DNA of 64,000 nt, taken from NCBI RefSeq assembly GCF_044704955.1, contig NC_091991.1, positions 21,266,001 to 21,330,000 of the forward strand, in the 5' to 3' direction. Origin of the DNA: Pristiophorus japonicus (taxonomy: Eukaryota). The position numbers were made by a program, and so were the translations under genes. Numbering within the stretch: the first letter of the stretch is position 1; each line of letters starts with the position of its first letter. The notes below the pieces were generated by a model. The model was not told the DNA's origin. It searched no databases and worked only from the letters and a program-made list of their open reading frames with translations. Of this stretch, positions 48,810 through 62,600 are shown one piece after another.

Positions 48810-51800
48810 CTAGTCAGAGTAGGAATCGCAGATGAATACGTGGCTTGAGCAGTGGTGCAGTAGGGAGGGATTCAAATTCCTGGGGCATTGGAACCGGTTC
48901 TGGGGGAGGTGGGACCAGTACAAACCAGATGGTCTGCACCTGGACAGGACCGGAACCAATGTCCTAGGGGGAGTGTTTGCTAGTGCTGTTGGGGAGGAGT
49001 TAAACTAATATGGCAGGGGGATGGGAACCAATGCAGGGAGATAGAGGGAAACAAAAAGGAGACAAAAGCAAAAGACAGAAAGGAGATGAGGAAAAGTGGA
49101 GGGCAGAGAAACCCAAGGCAAAGAACAAAAAGGGCCACTGAACAGAAAAATAATAAAAGGACAAAGGGTGTTAAAAAAACAAGCCTGAAGGCTTTGTGTC
49201 TTAATGCAAGGAGTATCCGTAATAAGGTGGATGAATTAACTGTGCAAATAGATGTTAACAAATATGATGTGATTGGGATTACAGAGACGTGGCTCCAGGA
49301 TGATCAGGGCTGGGAACTCAACATCCAGGGGTATTCAACATTCAGGAAGGATAGAATAAAAGGAAAAGGAGGTGGGGTAGCATTGCTGGTTAAAGAGGAT
49401 ATTAATGCAATAGTTAGGAAAGACATTAGCTTGGATGATGTGGAATCTATATGGGTAGAGCTGCAGAACACCAAAGGGCAAAAAACATTTGTGGGAGTTG
49501 TGTACAGACCTCCAAATAGTAGTAGTGATGTTAGGGAGGGCATCAAACAGGAAATTAGGGGTGCATGCAATAAAGGTGCAGCAGTTATAATGGGTGACGT
49601 TAATGTGCACATAGATTGGGCTAATCAAACTGGAAGCAATACGGTGGAGGAGGATTTCCTGGAGTGCATAAGGGATGGTTTTCTAGACCAATATGTCGAG
49701 GAACCAACTAGGGGGGAGGCCATCTTAGACTGGGTGTTGTGTAATGAGAGAGGATTAATTAGCAATCTCGTTGTGCGAGGCCCCTTGGGGAAGAGTGACC
49801 ATAATATGGTGGAATTCTGCATTAGGATGGAGAATGAAACAGTTAATTCAGAGACCATGGTCCATAACTTAAAGAAGAGGCGTGAATTGGCTAGGATAGA
49901 TAGGCGAATGATACTTAAGGGGTTGACTGTGGATGGGCAATGGCAGACACTTAGAGACCGCATGGATGAACTACAACAATTGTACATTCCTGTCTGGCGT
50001 AAAAATAAAAAAGGGAAGGTGGCTCAACCGTGGCTATCAAGGGAAATCAGGGATAGTATTAAAGCCAAGGAAGTGGCATACAAATTGGCCAGAAATAGCA
50101 GCGAACCCGGGGACTGGGAGAAATTTAGAACTCAGCAGAGGAGGACAAAGGGTTTGATTAGGGCAGGGAAAATGGAGTACGAGAAGAAGCTTGCAGGGAA
50201 CATTAAGACGGATTGCAAAAGTTTCTATAGATATGTAAAGAGAAAAAGGTTAGTAAAGACAAACATAGGTCCCCTGCAGTCAAAATCAGGGGAAGTCATA
50301 ACGGGGAACAAAGCAATGGCAGACCAATTGAACAAGTGCTTTGGTTTGGTATTCACGAAGGAGGACACAAAAACCTTCCGGATATAAAAGGGGTCAGAGG
50401 GTCTAGTAAGGAGGAGGAACTGAGGGAAATCCTTATTAGTCGGGAAATTGTGTTGGGAAAACTGATGGGATTGAAGGCCGATAAATCCCCAGGGCCTGAT
50501 GGACTGTATCCCAGTGTACTTAAGGAGGTGGCCTTGGAAATAGCTGATGCATTGACAGTCATTTTCCAACATTCCATTGACTCTGGATCAGTTCCTATCG
50601 AGTGGAGGGTAGCCAATGCAACCCCACTTTTTAAAAAAGGAGGGAGAGAGAGAAAACAGGGAATTATAGACCGGTCAGCCTGACCTCAGTAGTGGGTAAA
50701 ATGATGGAATCAATTATTAAGGATGTCATAGCAGCGCATTTGGAAAGAGGTGACATGATAGGTTCAAGTCAGCATGGATTTGTGAAAGGGAAATCATGCT
50801 TGACAAATCTTCTGGAATTTTTTGAGGATGTTTCCTGTAGAGTGGACAAGGGAGAACCAGTTGATGTGGTGTATTTGGACTTTCAGAAGGCTTTTGACAA
50901 GGTCCCACACAAGAGATTAATGTGCAAAGTTAAAGCACATGGGATTGGGGGTAGTGTGCTGACGTGGATTGAGAACTGGTTGTCAGACAGGAAGCAAAGA
51001 GTAGGAGTAAATGGGTACTTTTCAGAATGGCAGGCAGTGACTAGTGGGGTACCGCAAGGTTCTGTGCTGGGGCCCCAGCTGTTTACACTGTACATTAATG
51101 ATTTAGACGAGGGGATTAAATGTAGTATCTCCAAATTTGCGGATGACACTAAATTGGGTGGCAGTGTGAGCTGCGAGGAGGATGCTGTGAGGCTGCAGAG
51201 TGACTTGGATAGGTTAGGTGAGTGGACAAATGCATGGCAGATGAAGTATAATGTGGATAAATGTGAGGTTATCCACTTTGGTGGTAAAAACAGAGAGACA
51301 GACTATTATCTGAATGGTGACAGATTAGGAAAAGGGGAGGTGCAACGAGACCTGGGTGTCATGGTACATCAGTCATTGAAGGTTGGCATGCAGGTACAGC
51401 AAGTGGTTAATAAAGCAAATGGCATGTTGGCCTTCATAGCGAGAGGATTTGAGTACAGGGGCAGGGAGGTGTTGCTACAGTTGTACAGGGCCTTGGTGAG
51501 GCCACACCTGGAGTATTGTGTACAGTTTTGGTCTCCTAACTTGAGGAAGGACATTCTTGCTATTGAGGGAGTGCAGCGAAGGTTCAGCAGACTGATTCCC
51601 GGGATGGCGGGACTGACCTATCAAGAAAGACTGGATCAATTGGGTTTGTATTCGCTGGAGTTCAGAAGAATGAGAGGGGACCTCATAGAAACGTTTAAAA
51701 TTCTGATGGGTTCAGACAGGTTAGATGCAGGAAGAATGTTCCCAATGTTGGGGAAGTCCAGAACCAGCTGTCACAGTCTAAGGATAAGGGGTAAGCCATT

Positions 51801-52066
51801 TAGGAGCGAGATGAGGAGAACCGTCTTCACCCAGAGAGTGGTGAACCTGTGGCATTCTCTACCACAGAAAGTTGTTGAGGCCAATTCACTAAATATATTC
51901 AAAAAGGAGTTGGATGAAGTCCTTACGACGAGGGGGATCAAGGGGTATGGCGAGAAAGCAGGAATGGGGTACTGAAGTTGCATGTTCAGCCATGAACTCA
52001 TTGAATGGCGGTGCATTCTAGACGGGCCGAATGCCCTTCTCCTGCACCTATTTTCTATCTTTCTAT
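48810..52066 (+). mobile_element. CR1 LINE with ORF1 esterase C-terminus and frameshifted ORF2 (same young subfamily as 14512-17564)
   Basis: ORF1 end EGFKFLGHWNRFWGRWDQYKPDGLHL..GEELN* (SGNH DxxH motif; stop 49006-49008); ORF2 in pieces 49086-50387, 50336-50683 and 50692-51975. Confidence 0.95.
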
Positions 52067-53169
52067 GACTGGGTAGAGATGTCAGATTTCCTTCCCTGAA
52101 AATTATTAGTGAATATTTTTATGACAATCCAGTAGTTACATGGTCACCATTACTGATAACTAGCTTTTTTATTCCAGATTTATTTAATTGAATATAAATT
52201 CCTCAACTACCATGGTGGAATTTGAACTCAGGTCTCCAGATCATTAGTCCAGGACTCTGGATTACTAGTGCAGTAACAGAACTACAATGCTACCGTACCA
52301 AAACCAATTTCTCCAACAATACTATCATACACTGATTGTGCTAAATAATCTGCACTACTATTATAGACCAAATTGGTTACATTACAGAAGAATTCAAATA
52401 TACTAAGGTTTAGACCTACCCTAGATAAAATTGTTGGATTGGGACATTCGCCCCAATATTTACGGGGAGCAGGAGCAGGGGCGACTTTTAACGGCTGGGA
52501 ATGCGGCGGGACTGCTGAATTTAACGGGAGGCGGGCAGGCGGGTGGAGAATGTAGATCCTGGGTTGGCAGCAGATCACGGGTGGGGACAAGGGGGAGCTG
52601 AAATACGGATGGAGAGGCTAAAGAATGGATTGCGAGGGCTAAAGACCGGATCACGGGGGCTGAATATCTGATCGCTGGTGGGTGGGTTCGATCACGGGTA
52701 GGTAGATTGTGGCATGTGAGTTTGGGAGGCCTGGGGAAACCCTTCTGCTCCTCCTGGCCCACAAGCAAGGCTGGAAAAGCATTTAGCTGCTGGATCTAGC
52801 AGTTCTCATCTTCCTTCAGTTTCTAGGCTTCCCCGAGCGCTGGGAAACCTGTCGCACAGCCGCTAAATCCACATGGCCGTTAAAATGAGGCACGCAGCCT
52901 CATTTAAATAACATTTCTGGTCTGCCTCAAGAGCTGGTTACTTACCTGAACCCCAACCGTCCCAGAAGCTCATTCGCAGCAGGTTGGGGTCAGGTTTCCC
53001 ATTTTTTTTAAATCATCACCACACCCCTCCCATCCTGGGAGCTTAAAATTCCCCCATTGTCTTCCATTGTGAATGTGATTTAATGCTCGACTTCTTTTAT
53101 GGTGGACCTGCAACATAACCTTACAGTAAGATGATAGAATGAGCAGAAACCTTGGGGTGTCAACAGCTG

Positions 53170-53375
53170 GAAGGGTCTCCCAGATTTCTGCTGCGTCAGT
53201 GAAAGTGTTGCTATCCGAAGTGAGGGCCAGGAGGGACTTTATAAACACTGAGGGTAGGAAGTCCCATGAAAGAATAGTGTAGGCTATCTGGAGGGAGGTG
53301 ACATTGGCAGGTGTAACCTCCGCCACCCTAAGAACTGCTTCAGTGCTGAAAGAGGCTTAATGACCTCATAATGGT
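53170..53375 (+). pseudogene. Degenerate Myb/SANT-like domain, probably a PIF/Harbinger transposon remnant
   Basis: Manual translation RVSQISAASVKVLLSEVRARRDF..IV*AIWREV..LRTA/QC*KRLNDL resembles the Harbinger-associated Myb/SANT (MSANTD/NAIF1-type) pattern; contains stops and a frameshift. Confidence 0.5.
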
Positions 53376-55099
53376 GGCCAAGATAGCAGGAGAGCCTGTA
53401 GGAAGCGCAAGGTTAGGGCAGACTGGCAGCAGGTTAGTAAAGGCTGGGTAAGGTCAGTTCATGTGATTTCTCAAATTATCACAAAGGTCCTTACATTCAC
53501 CCACTATCTTTTCAAAGGCAAACATCACTATTTGCACAGCTAAACAAACTCTTCTGTGTTTCACATCATAGGTGGTGCCTTGGGGAAGAGGCCATCTACT
53601 CCGATGATTGCCTGGACACTTCCAGATCCACAGCTATTTCCACATCCTCACCAACTCCATCCTGGTATCTTACCTGTGCAAGCAACAGCAGAGAGAAACC
53701 CACTTGGAAGGAATTTCTCAGTGAAAAGGGTTGTCACTGAGTCACTCATTGAGCACAAATGAGAAATGAGAGTCTGGGACTGAAGGGGAGAGTCCTGTTC
53801 TTCCATGGAGGGAGAAGAAACTACTGTTCTTGGCTGAGCAGCCTAGGGAAACATATCTTAAGCATCAAAAGAACAATGATTTAAGAGCATCAATCGCCTG
53901 TCGAGCCACCGGAAATGGTTTCCATGTATATGGTTCGTCTGATGGATAAGTGGATGGACGGCACAACCCACATCTGCAATATACTGCACAAAATGTTTCA
54001 TGACCTGCAGAACACCCTGGAGACAGTGACAGCCCGAGAAATTTCTACATCAAGTGACGGCTTCTGGAGTGGTAACTACCAAAGCTTCAGTACATGCCCT
54101 GAGGATCAGCCTGCACTCCACACTTACAAAAGACTTCCAGGGCCTCGTTGAGACTATTCATTCTCCGATAGCACCAATGAACTGCAAGGAGTGGGTGCAG
54201 ATGTCACTATCTCTCGAGTGACAATAAACACACTTCCTTAACGACCCAACATGAGGAAGCATCAGATTATGGGCCGAGTCTCAGGTGTTAAATGAGTTTA
54301 TTTGGGGAGTTAACCTTTAATAATTGAAAGATCCAGCAGTTATGATCGCAACGAGAAAGAGGCAAGAAGAGACTGGTTATAAAGTTATAAAAAATGGTAT
54401 TGGAGGGATGTAACCGGATAAGAGAAAAGGCTGTGGGATAGAAACCAAACAGCAAGGGTTAATGGATGTTTTCTGGATTGAATGGAATAGACATAAACCC
54501 TGCCTCAGCCCAACTGCTGCTGAAACCCTCATCCATGCTTTTGTTTCTTCCAGTCTCAACTATTCCAATACTCTCTTGACCGGCCTCCTATCTTCCATTG
54601 TTCATAAACTCTGCTGTCCTTATTCCAACTTGTATCAAATCCCGTTCACCCATCAACCTGTGCTCGCTGACCTACATTGGCCCCCAGTCCCAGGCTCAAT
54701 TTTACAATTCCCATCCTGGTGTTCAAATCCCTCCATTAAACCCTACAACTCGGAGAACTCCGCATCCCTCCATCTCTGGCCTGTTGTGCACCCCGCCACC
54801 CCCCACATCTTCATTCCACACCGTCTAGGCCCCAAGTTCTAGAATTCCCTCCCGAAACTTCTCTGCCTCTCTCCTCCTTTAAGAGCTTCTTAAAACCTAC
54901 CGCTGACCAAGCTTTTAATCACCCATCCTAATAGCTCCTTCTTTAGCTCAATGTCAATTTTTATCTGATCATGCTCTTGTGAAGCATCTTAGGACATTTT
55001 ACTCCATTAAAGGGACTATATAAATGGAAGGTGTTGTTGAATGAAGAAGTGTTTTTGTTGAGGATACCAAATTAGGGATATGGTCACCTGGAAGAATGC

Positions 55100-55870
55100 A
55101 GGAGATTGTAAAGACAGACCCATTAGTGGAATGGGCAGATTAGTGACAAATGCAATTCAATATGATGTATTGTATTTTGGGAAAAAGAACAGTAAAATAA
55201 GTATTTCCCTAAATGATAAGGTTCTTAACAACGTACAAAAAGAGATCTAGTAGTGCAGATACATAAAACGTCAAACGGCAGAAGTGAGGTAGAAAGGGCC
55301 AATAAAAAGACAATTGGGATTGTGTGTTTTACACATGGGGCATTGAATGTAAAAGCAAGAAAGTAATGTTGCATTTATGAAAGAAATTGGTTAGGTTACA
55401 GTTGGAATATTGTGTGTAGTTCTGGGTATTCCAGTATAGGAACTATATATTATCCGTAGAAAGGGTACACAACTAGGAATAAGATGTTAATATGTTAAGA
55501 AAAGTTTTTAAATGGACTTGAAATATTGGCACTTTTTCACTGAAGCAGAGAAGCTTAAGTGGGAAATCTAAAAGACGATTTCAAAGTTATGATAGGTTTT
55601 GAGAGGGTAATTGTGCAATGGTTGGCGAATTAGTATTCAGGGGACATAGGCTTACCACTGGAAAAGTAAAATGAATCAATTATTTTTTTTACACACAAGA
55701 TTAAAACTTGAAATGTATTAACAGAAGTGGTTATTGAAGTATATTTTATAACATAAGAGTTGGATAACAATATAAAAAGATATGGATAAAGGACAGGGAA
55801 TAAGCTCCAGTTGAAAATGAAAGCAATATCACAGACGCAATGGGCAGAATGGTGTCCGTCTGTGCTGGAA
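55100..55870 (+). mobile_element. Old, highly diverged CR1 3' fragment
   Basis: Residual LVRLQLEYCV*FW signature near 55387-55425. Confidence 0.6.
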
Positions 55871-58097
55871 TATTTATGAATCCATAATTCCAAGGGGTTA
55901 ATGGTGTTTAAACTCAAGTGTAACATCTTTGTGTGTGTATATACAAATATGTTATTGATATGACACAATATATTAGTTTTATTTCAGATAACTTGAAACT
56001 ATTTTGTAGTTGCACATTTAAACAAAAGTCTAATCTCAAAAAACTAGTAACATCATTTTATACAAAAAAAACCACACCGTAGAAATAATCCTGTCATGTT
56101 ATCGAGAGAATATGGATTAAATACATCAAGAAATGAATATTTTACTGAGAACTTGTGTCACAATATCACACAAAATTAATTCATATTCTCAGCACTACCT
56201 TAATCAGACAAAACCTTACTCAGAATATCTATCCACACATTATAGAAAGCAGAAGTTCTATTAGCATCACTTCACATCAACTCTTTTACACACTATATGT
56301 AACAGTTCAATAAGAAAGGCAAATCAACTTTTGTAATTTTTACATTTCATAATTAGTTCTCCATATAGATCATACTGCATCCGCCTTACCTCAGTGGTAG
56401 AACACTTTCCTTTTAAGTCAGAAGGTTGTGGGTTCAACTCCCACTCCAAAGACTAGAGCACATAATCTAGATAGACAATTCAGTATAGTACTGAGGGAGT
56501 GCTGCACTCAGATGCTATCTTTCAGATGAGACGATAAACGGAGTTCCTGTCAGGTGGCCATAAAAGATCACATGCCATTATTTGACAAAAAACGGGATTT
56601 TTCCTGGTGTCCTGATCAATATTTATTCCTCACCCAACAACCCCACAAAAGAGATTTACCTGATCCATTTACCTCATTGCTGTTTGTGCAAGGTTGGCAG
56701 TGTCATATGTGCCTAAATTACAACTGTGACTACACTTCAAAAAATACTTCATTAACAATGAGGTACTGAAGACATGAAATATGCTATAAAGTATGTTTTT
56801 TCTTTATACCTTTTCATAATATACATCCAGATCATTCAAAATCAAATATCTTGCTTTACAAGTGTTCAATTTTTAATTTATTGTAGTCGATATGAATGAT
56901 GTCTAAACAGCAGACCATGTGCCACACGTGATCCATGAAACTCCGGCAACTCAATTCAACTTGGGTTTCTATTTCTTCTTTGCTGGTTTGCTCCGTTAAA
57001 GTGGGGTCTGGTGGTTTAGAAAGGCGTGTTGCCTCATTGTCGAATAAATCCTAAATCTAAACAAGATTTAATAGTACCAGCAACTTGAGATATATTCAAA
57101 TTAATAAAAATATGAATTTTAACTTTGTATGTAGTCACAGGGTTTATTAGGGCACTGTGTGACCTACGAAGAGCAAAAGTTTGGACACCCTTGGTTTATA
57201 TCTTATGCATAATTTTATGTTCCAGTATATTTGCCATAGAGTTGAGTTTAATTTTGATATAAAAAAAACTAAGAATATTTCAATATTAACTTTGTTAAAC
57301 AGCAAAAGTTATGCAAATTTACTCCCTGACAAAGAGAGCCTGATAAGATTCCCACAGGTGTGAAGAATTTCTATTCAAGAAAGTCCTGTCAAGCACAGGA
57401 TTCAAGAATTAGAAGAAATAGTTTAAAGTTATGAAATTTAGGCAGCATTTGTTTTAGTGAAAGGGTGACAGAATTGTGAAACAGTTTAGCAGTAGGGATA
57501 GGTGAACAGAAAACCATGACAGGATTTAAAAAAAGGATTGGATGAATTGCTGTTGGAAATGGGGATATGGGGCTGCTAGTTTCAGTATCATAGTAAGGAA
57601 ACACAAGAACCCAAGAGCCTGTTCCACCATTCAATATCATGGCTGACCTTCTACCTCAATTCCACTTTTCCTATCACCATATCCCTTGATTCCCTTAGTA
57701 TCTGTTGACCACTGTCTTGAATATACTCAACGTCTGAGCATCCACAGCCCTCTGAGAAAGAGAATTCAAAAGATTCACACCCTTTGACTGAAGAAATTTC
57801 TCATCTCAGTCCTAAATGGTCGACCCCTTATTCTGAGACTGTGTCCCCTAGTTCGAGACTCCCAAGCCAGGGGAAACATTCTCCCTGCATCTTCCCTGTC
57901 AAGCCCTATAAGAATTTTATATATTTCAATGAGAAGTCTTATTCTTCTAAACTCTAGGGAATATAGATCTAGTCTATTCAATCTCTCCTCATGGGATGAG
58001 TGGATTGTCCTAGGAATCAATCTAGTGAATCTTCATTGTACACCTTCTAAGGCAAGTATGTCCTTCCTTCAGTAAGGGGACCAAAACTGGACACAGT

Positions 58098-59199
58098 GGG
58101 CTCAAGTTTCAGCTTGAGTTGCTTCTATTTTTTTGGAACAACTAATTTAGAATGGAGTATCTTAGAAATTGCAATTCTCGGCATTTAGTTTGCTCCAATT
58201 CTAGTGAGTTAGAACAGTTTCTTTTTCAAAAGGGGGCGTTACCAGCCACTTAAGCCTGTTTTGCAAGTTTAGGCAGTGAAAACTTACTCCAAACTAACTT
58301 AGAATGGAGTAAGTGTAGATTTTTTACGCTCAGAAAAACCTTGCCTACACTTATAAATCAGGCGTATGGAACGAGAAATGGGGGGGGAGGGGGGGGGAAG
58401 GGAAGTTTATAAACATTAAACACTTCACTTTTACAAATAAAGAGCCATCATCAATAATAAATGATAAATACATCAATAAATCAATCAAAAAAAGTTAAAT
58501 AATAAAAAAAAATCAATAAATAAAAAAATTAAATTTCTACTCACCTACTGCAGCACTGGGAGCCCTCCAACAGCGTGCTGCGATGGCCCCCCCCCCCCCC
58601 CTCCAGTGTGTGTGTCTCTCTCTGTCTGACTGACAGCGAGGGATGGAGGGGAAGGGGAGGCAGGGATGGAGGGGAAGGAGCGGCAGGGATGGAGGGGAAG
58701 GAGCGGCAGGGATGGAGGGGAAGGAGAGAGGACTGAACGGGAGGGAGGAGGGGGCTGCCGCCAACAGCAGGCCGCCGCGGAGGACTTCGGGCAGGGCCCA
58801 CCCCCAGCAAGATGCCGGGCGGGCGGGCCCCGCCGACGACGTGGAAGCCGGACCGCTGTGGAGGACTTCGGGCGAGGCCCGCCCCCGACGAGGTAAGAGT
58901 TGTCAGGCCACTCGGCCCGGGATAGAGATGTCCCTTCAGCCTGGGATAGGATTGTCGCCTGGAGACAGGACGCGCTGGGAGGGCCAGGAGCTACTGCGCA
59001 CACGCGCAGCTGCCTCACTGTTTTTGGCACAGGACTGTAGCTCCGCCCCCAGCAGCTCCTGCTGTGCCGTGCCGAGCTGGAAATGGGCCTACAGATATCG
59101 GAAAATCGCAAGCTAAGTATTCGGCGTAATTTCTGTTCTACAAATTAGGCGGGCCTCTCCGATGTGCCCCGTTCTAGCGGGGGTCCGAAACTTGAGCCC
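58098..59199. mobile_element. Non-autonomous DNA transposon with 13-bp TIRs (Harbinger-like GGG termini)
   Basis: GGGCTCAAGTTTC (58098-58110) and GAAACTTGAGCCC (59187-59199); interrupts CR1 sequence; no transposase; TSD not clean. Confidence 0.8.
58640..58727 (+). repeat. 23-bp purine-rich tandem repeat, about 4 copies
   Basis: GGGATGGAGGGGAAGGAGCGGCA units starting at 58640, 58663, 58686 and 58709. Confidence 0.9.
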
Positions 59200-59685
59200 A
59201 TAATTCCAGGTCACACCAAAACCCTATATAATTGCTGTAAGACCTCTTTACTCTTATACTCCAATCTCTTTGTAATAAAGGCTAACATACAATTTGCTTT
59301 CTTAATTGCTTGCCGTAACTATCTGTGATTCGTGTACAAGAATACTCCAGTCCCCCTGAATACCAACATTCCCTAGTCTCTCACCTTTTTAAAAACTATT
59401 CTGCTTTTCTATTTTTCCTACCTAAGTAGATAATTTGACATTTCTCCACATTATATTCCATCTGCCACATCCTTGTCCACTCCCTTAACCTTCTTTTGCA
59501 CCCTCTTTGCATCCTCCTCACAGCTTAGTTTCCCACCAAGCTTTGTATCATCAGCAACCTTGGATAGTTATTCCCCTCATCTGATGTAGATTGTGAATAG
59601 CTGGGGCTGAAGCACTGATCCTTGTGGCACCCCACTAGTTACAGCCTGCCAATCCAAAAATGACTTGTTTATTCCTACTCTATTA

Positions 59686-62600
59686 GGACCTCAAAAGGTA
59701 GTAAACTCAGGATTGCTACCTGTGCTACGTGCTAGTCAGAGTAGGATTTGCAGGATAGCTCAGCTAAATATGTGGCTTGAGGAATGATGCAAGGGGGAGG
59801 GGATTCAAATTCCTGGGACATTGGAACCGGTTCTGGAGGAGGTGGCACCAGTACAAACCAGACGGTCTGCACCTGGGCAGGAGCGGAACCGATATCTAGG
59901 TGGAGTGCTTGCTAGTGCTGTTGGGGAGGGTTTAAACTAACAAGGCAGGGGGATAGGAGTCTATGCAGGGAGGCAGAGGGAAGTAAAAAGGGGGCAGAAG
60001 CAAAAAAGGTAGGAAGAAGAAAAGCAAGAGTGGAGGGCAGAGAAATCAAGGGAAAAAATCAAAAAGGACCACATTATAACATAATTCTAAAAGGACAAAG
60101 AATGTTAAAAAAACAAGCCTGAAGGCTCAGAGTCTCAATGCAAGGAGCATTTTAATAAGGTGGATGAATTGACTGCTCAGATAGCTGTTAACAGATATGA
60201 TGTAATTGGGATTACAGAGTCATGGCTCCAAGGTAACCAAGGCTGTGAACTCAATATTCAGGAAGGACAGACAGGAAGGAAAAGGAGGTGGGGTAGCGTT
60301 ACTGGTTAAAGATGAGATTAACACAATAGTAAGGAAGGACATTAGCGTGGATGATGTGGAATCTATATGGGTAGAGCTGCAAAATACCAAAGGGCAGAAA
60401 ACATTAGTGGGAGTTGTGTACAGACCACCAAACAGTAGTAGGGAGGTTGGGGATGGCATCAAACAGGAAATTAGGGACATGTGCAGCAGTTATCATAGAT
60501 GACTTTAATCTGCATATTGATTGGGCTAACCAAACTGGTAGCAATACTGTGGAGGAGGATTTCCTGGAGTGTATAAAGGGATGGGTTTCTTGACCAATAT
60601 GTCGAGGAACCAACTAGAGGGCTGGCCATCCTAGACTGGATCTTGTGTAACGAGAGAGGATTAATTAGCAATCTGGTCATGGGGAAGAGTGACCATAATA
60701 TGGTAGAATTCTTCATCAAGATGGAGAGTGACACAGTTAATTCAGAGACTAGGGTCCTGAACTTAAGAAAAGGAAACTTCGACAGTATGAGACGTGAATT
60801 GGCTAGGATAGACTGGAGAATGATACTTAAAGGGTTGATGATGGATAGGCAATGGCAGACATTTAAATACCACATAAATGAACTACAACAATTGTAGATC
60901 CCTGTGTGGCGTAAGAATAAAAAAGGGAAGGTGGCTCAACTGTGGCCAACAAGGGAAACTGGCCAGAAAAAGCAGCAAACCTGAGGACTGGGAGAAATTT
61001 AGAATTCAGCAGAGGAGGACTAAGGGCTTAATTAAGAGGGGGAAAATAGAGTACGAGAGTAAGCTTGCAGGGAACATAAAAACTGACTGCAAAAGCTTCT
61101 ATAGATATGTGAAGAGAAAAAGATTAGTGAAGACTAATGTAGGTCCCTTGCAGTCAGAATCAGGGGAATTCATAATGCGGAACAAGGAAATGGCAGACCA
61201 ATTGAACAAATACTTTGGTTCCGTCTTCACAAAGGAAGATATACATAACCTCCCGAAAATACTAGGGGACCAAGAGTCCAGCGAGAAGAGGGAACTGAGG
61301 GAAATCCTTATTAGTCAGGAAATGGTGTTAGGGAAATTGAAGGGACTGAAGGCCGATAAATCCCCAGGGCCTGATCGGCTGCATCCCAGAGTACTTAAGG
61401 AAGTGGCCCTCGAAATAGTGGATGCATTGGTAGTCATTTTCCAACATTCTATAGACTCTGGTTCAGTTCCTATGGATTGGAAGGTAGCTAATGTAAGCCC
61501 GCTTTTTAAAAAAAGGAGGGAGAGAGAAAGCAGGGAATTATAGACCGGTTAGCCTGACATCAGTGGTGGGGAAAATGCTGGAATCAATTATTAAAGATGT
61601 AATAGCAGCGCATTTGGAAAGCAGTGACAGGATCGGTCCAAGTCAGCATGGATTTATGAAAGGGAAATCATGCTTGACAAATCTTCTGGAATTTTTTGAG
61701 GATGTAACTAGTAGAGTGGATAAGGGAAAACCAGTGGATGTGGTGTATTTAGACTTTCAAAAGGCTTTTGACAAGGTCCCACACAAGAGATTAGTGTGCA
61801 AAATTAAGGCACATGGTATTGGGAGTAATGTATTGACGTGGATAGAGAACCGATTGGCAGACAGGAAGCAAAGAGTGGGAATAAACGGGTCCTTTTCAGA
61901 ATGGCAGGCAGTGACTAGTGGGGTACCGCAGGGTTCAGTGCTGGGACCCCAGCTATTTACAATATATATTAATGATTTAGACAAAGGAATTGAATGTAAT
62001 ATCTCCAAGTTTGCAGATGACATTAAGCTGGGTGGCAGTGCGATCTGTGAGGAGGATGCTAAGAGGCAGGGGGACTTGGACAGGTTAGGTGAATGGGAAA
62101 ATACAGGGCAGATGCAGTATAATGTGGCTAAGTGTGAGGTTATCCATTTTGGTTGCAAACAGGAAGGCAGATTATCTGAATGGTGACAGATTAATAAAAG
62201 GGAAGGTGCAACGAGACCTGGGTGTCATGGTACATCGGTCATTGAAGGTAGGCATGCAGGTACAGCAGGCAGTAAAGGCGGCTAATGGCATGCTGGCTTT
62301 CATAGCAAGGGGATTTGAGTACAGCAGCAGGGAGGTCTTACTGCAGTTGTACAGGGCCTTGATGAGACCCCACCTTGAGTACTGTGTACAGTTTTGGTCT
62401 CCTAATTTGAGGAAGGACATTCTTGCTATAGAGGGAGTGCAGCGAAGGTTCACCAGACTGATTCCCGGGATGGCAGGACTGACATATGAAGAAAGACTGG
62501 ATCGACTAGGCTTATATTCACTGGAATTTTTTTAGAAGAATGAGAGGGGATCTCATAGAAACATAACATTCTGACAGGATTGGACAGGTTAAATGCAGGA

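Larger units (their letters stand above)
57600..59685 (-). mobile_element. Degenerate CR1 fragment interrupted by a TIR element
   Basis: LYSLEFRR..GRPFRTEMR at 57775-58020; RT region continues at 59200-59685. Confidence 0.8.

Noticed and set aside
58640-58727. Regularly spaced repeats as a possible CRISPR array
   Set aside because: Head-to-tail minisatellite with no unique spacers, in vertebrate DNA.
58537-59116. Overlapping Pro/Ser- and Gly/Arg-rich ORFs
   Set aside because: Explained by GC-rich tandem repeats inside the TIR element.
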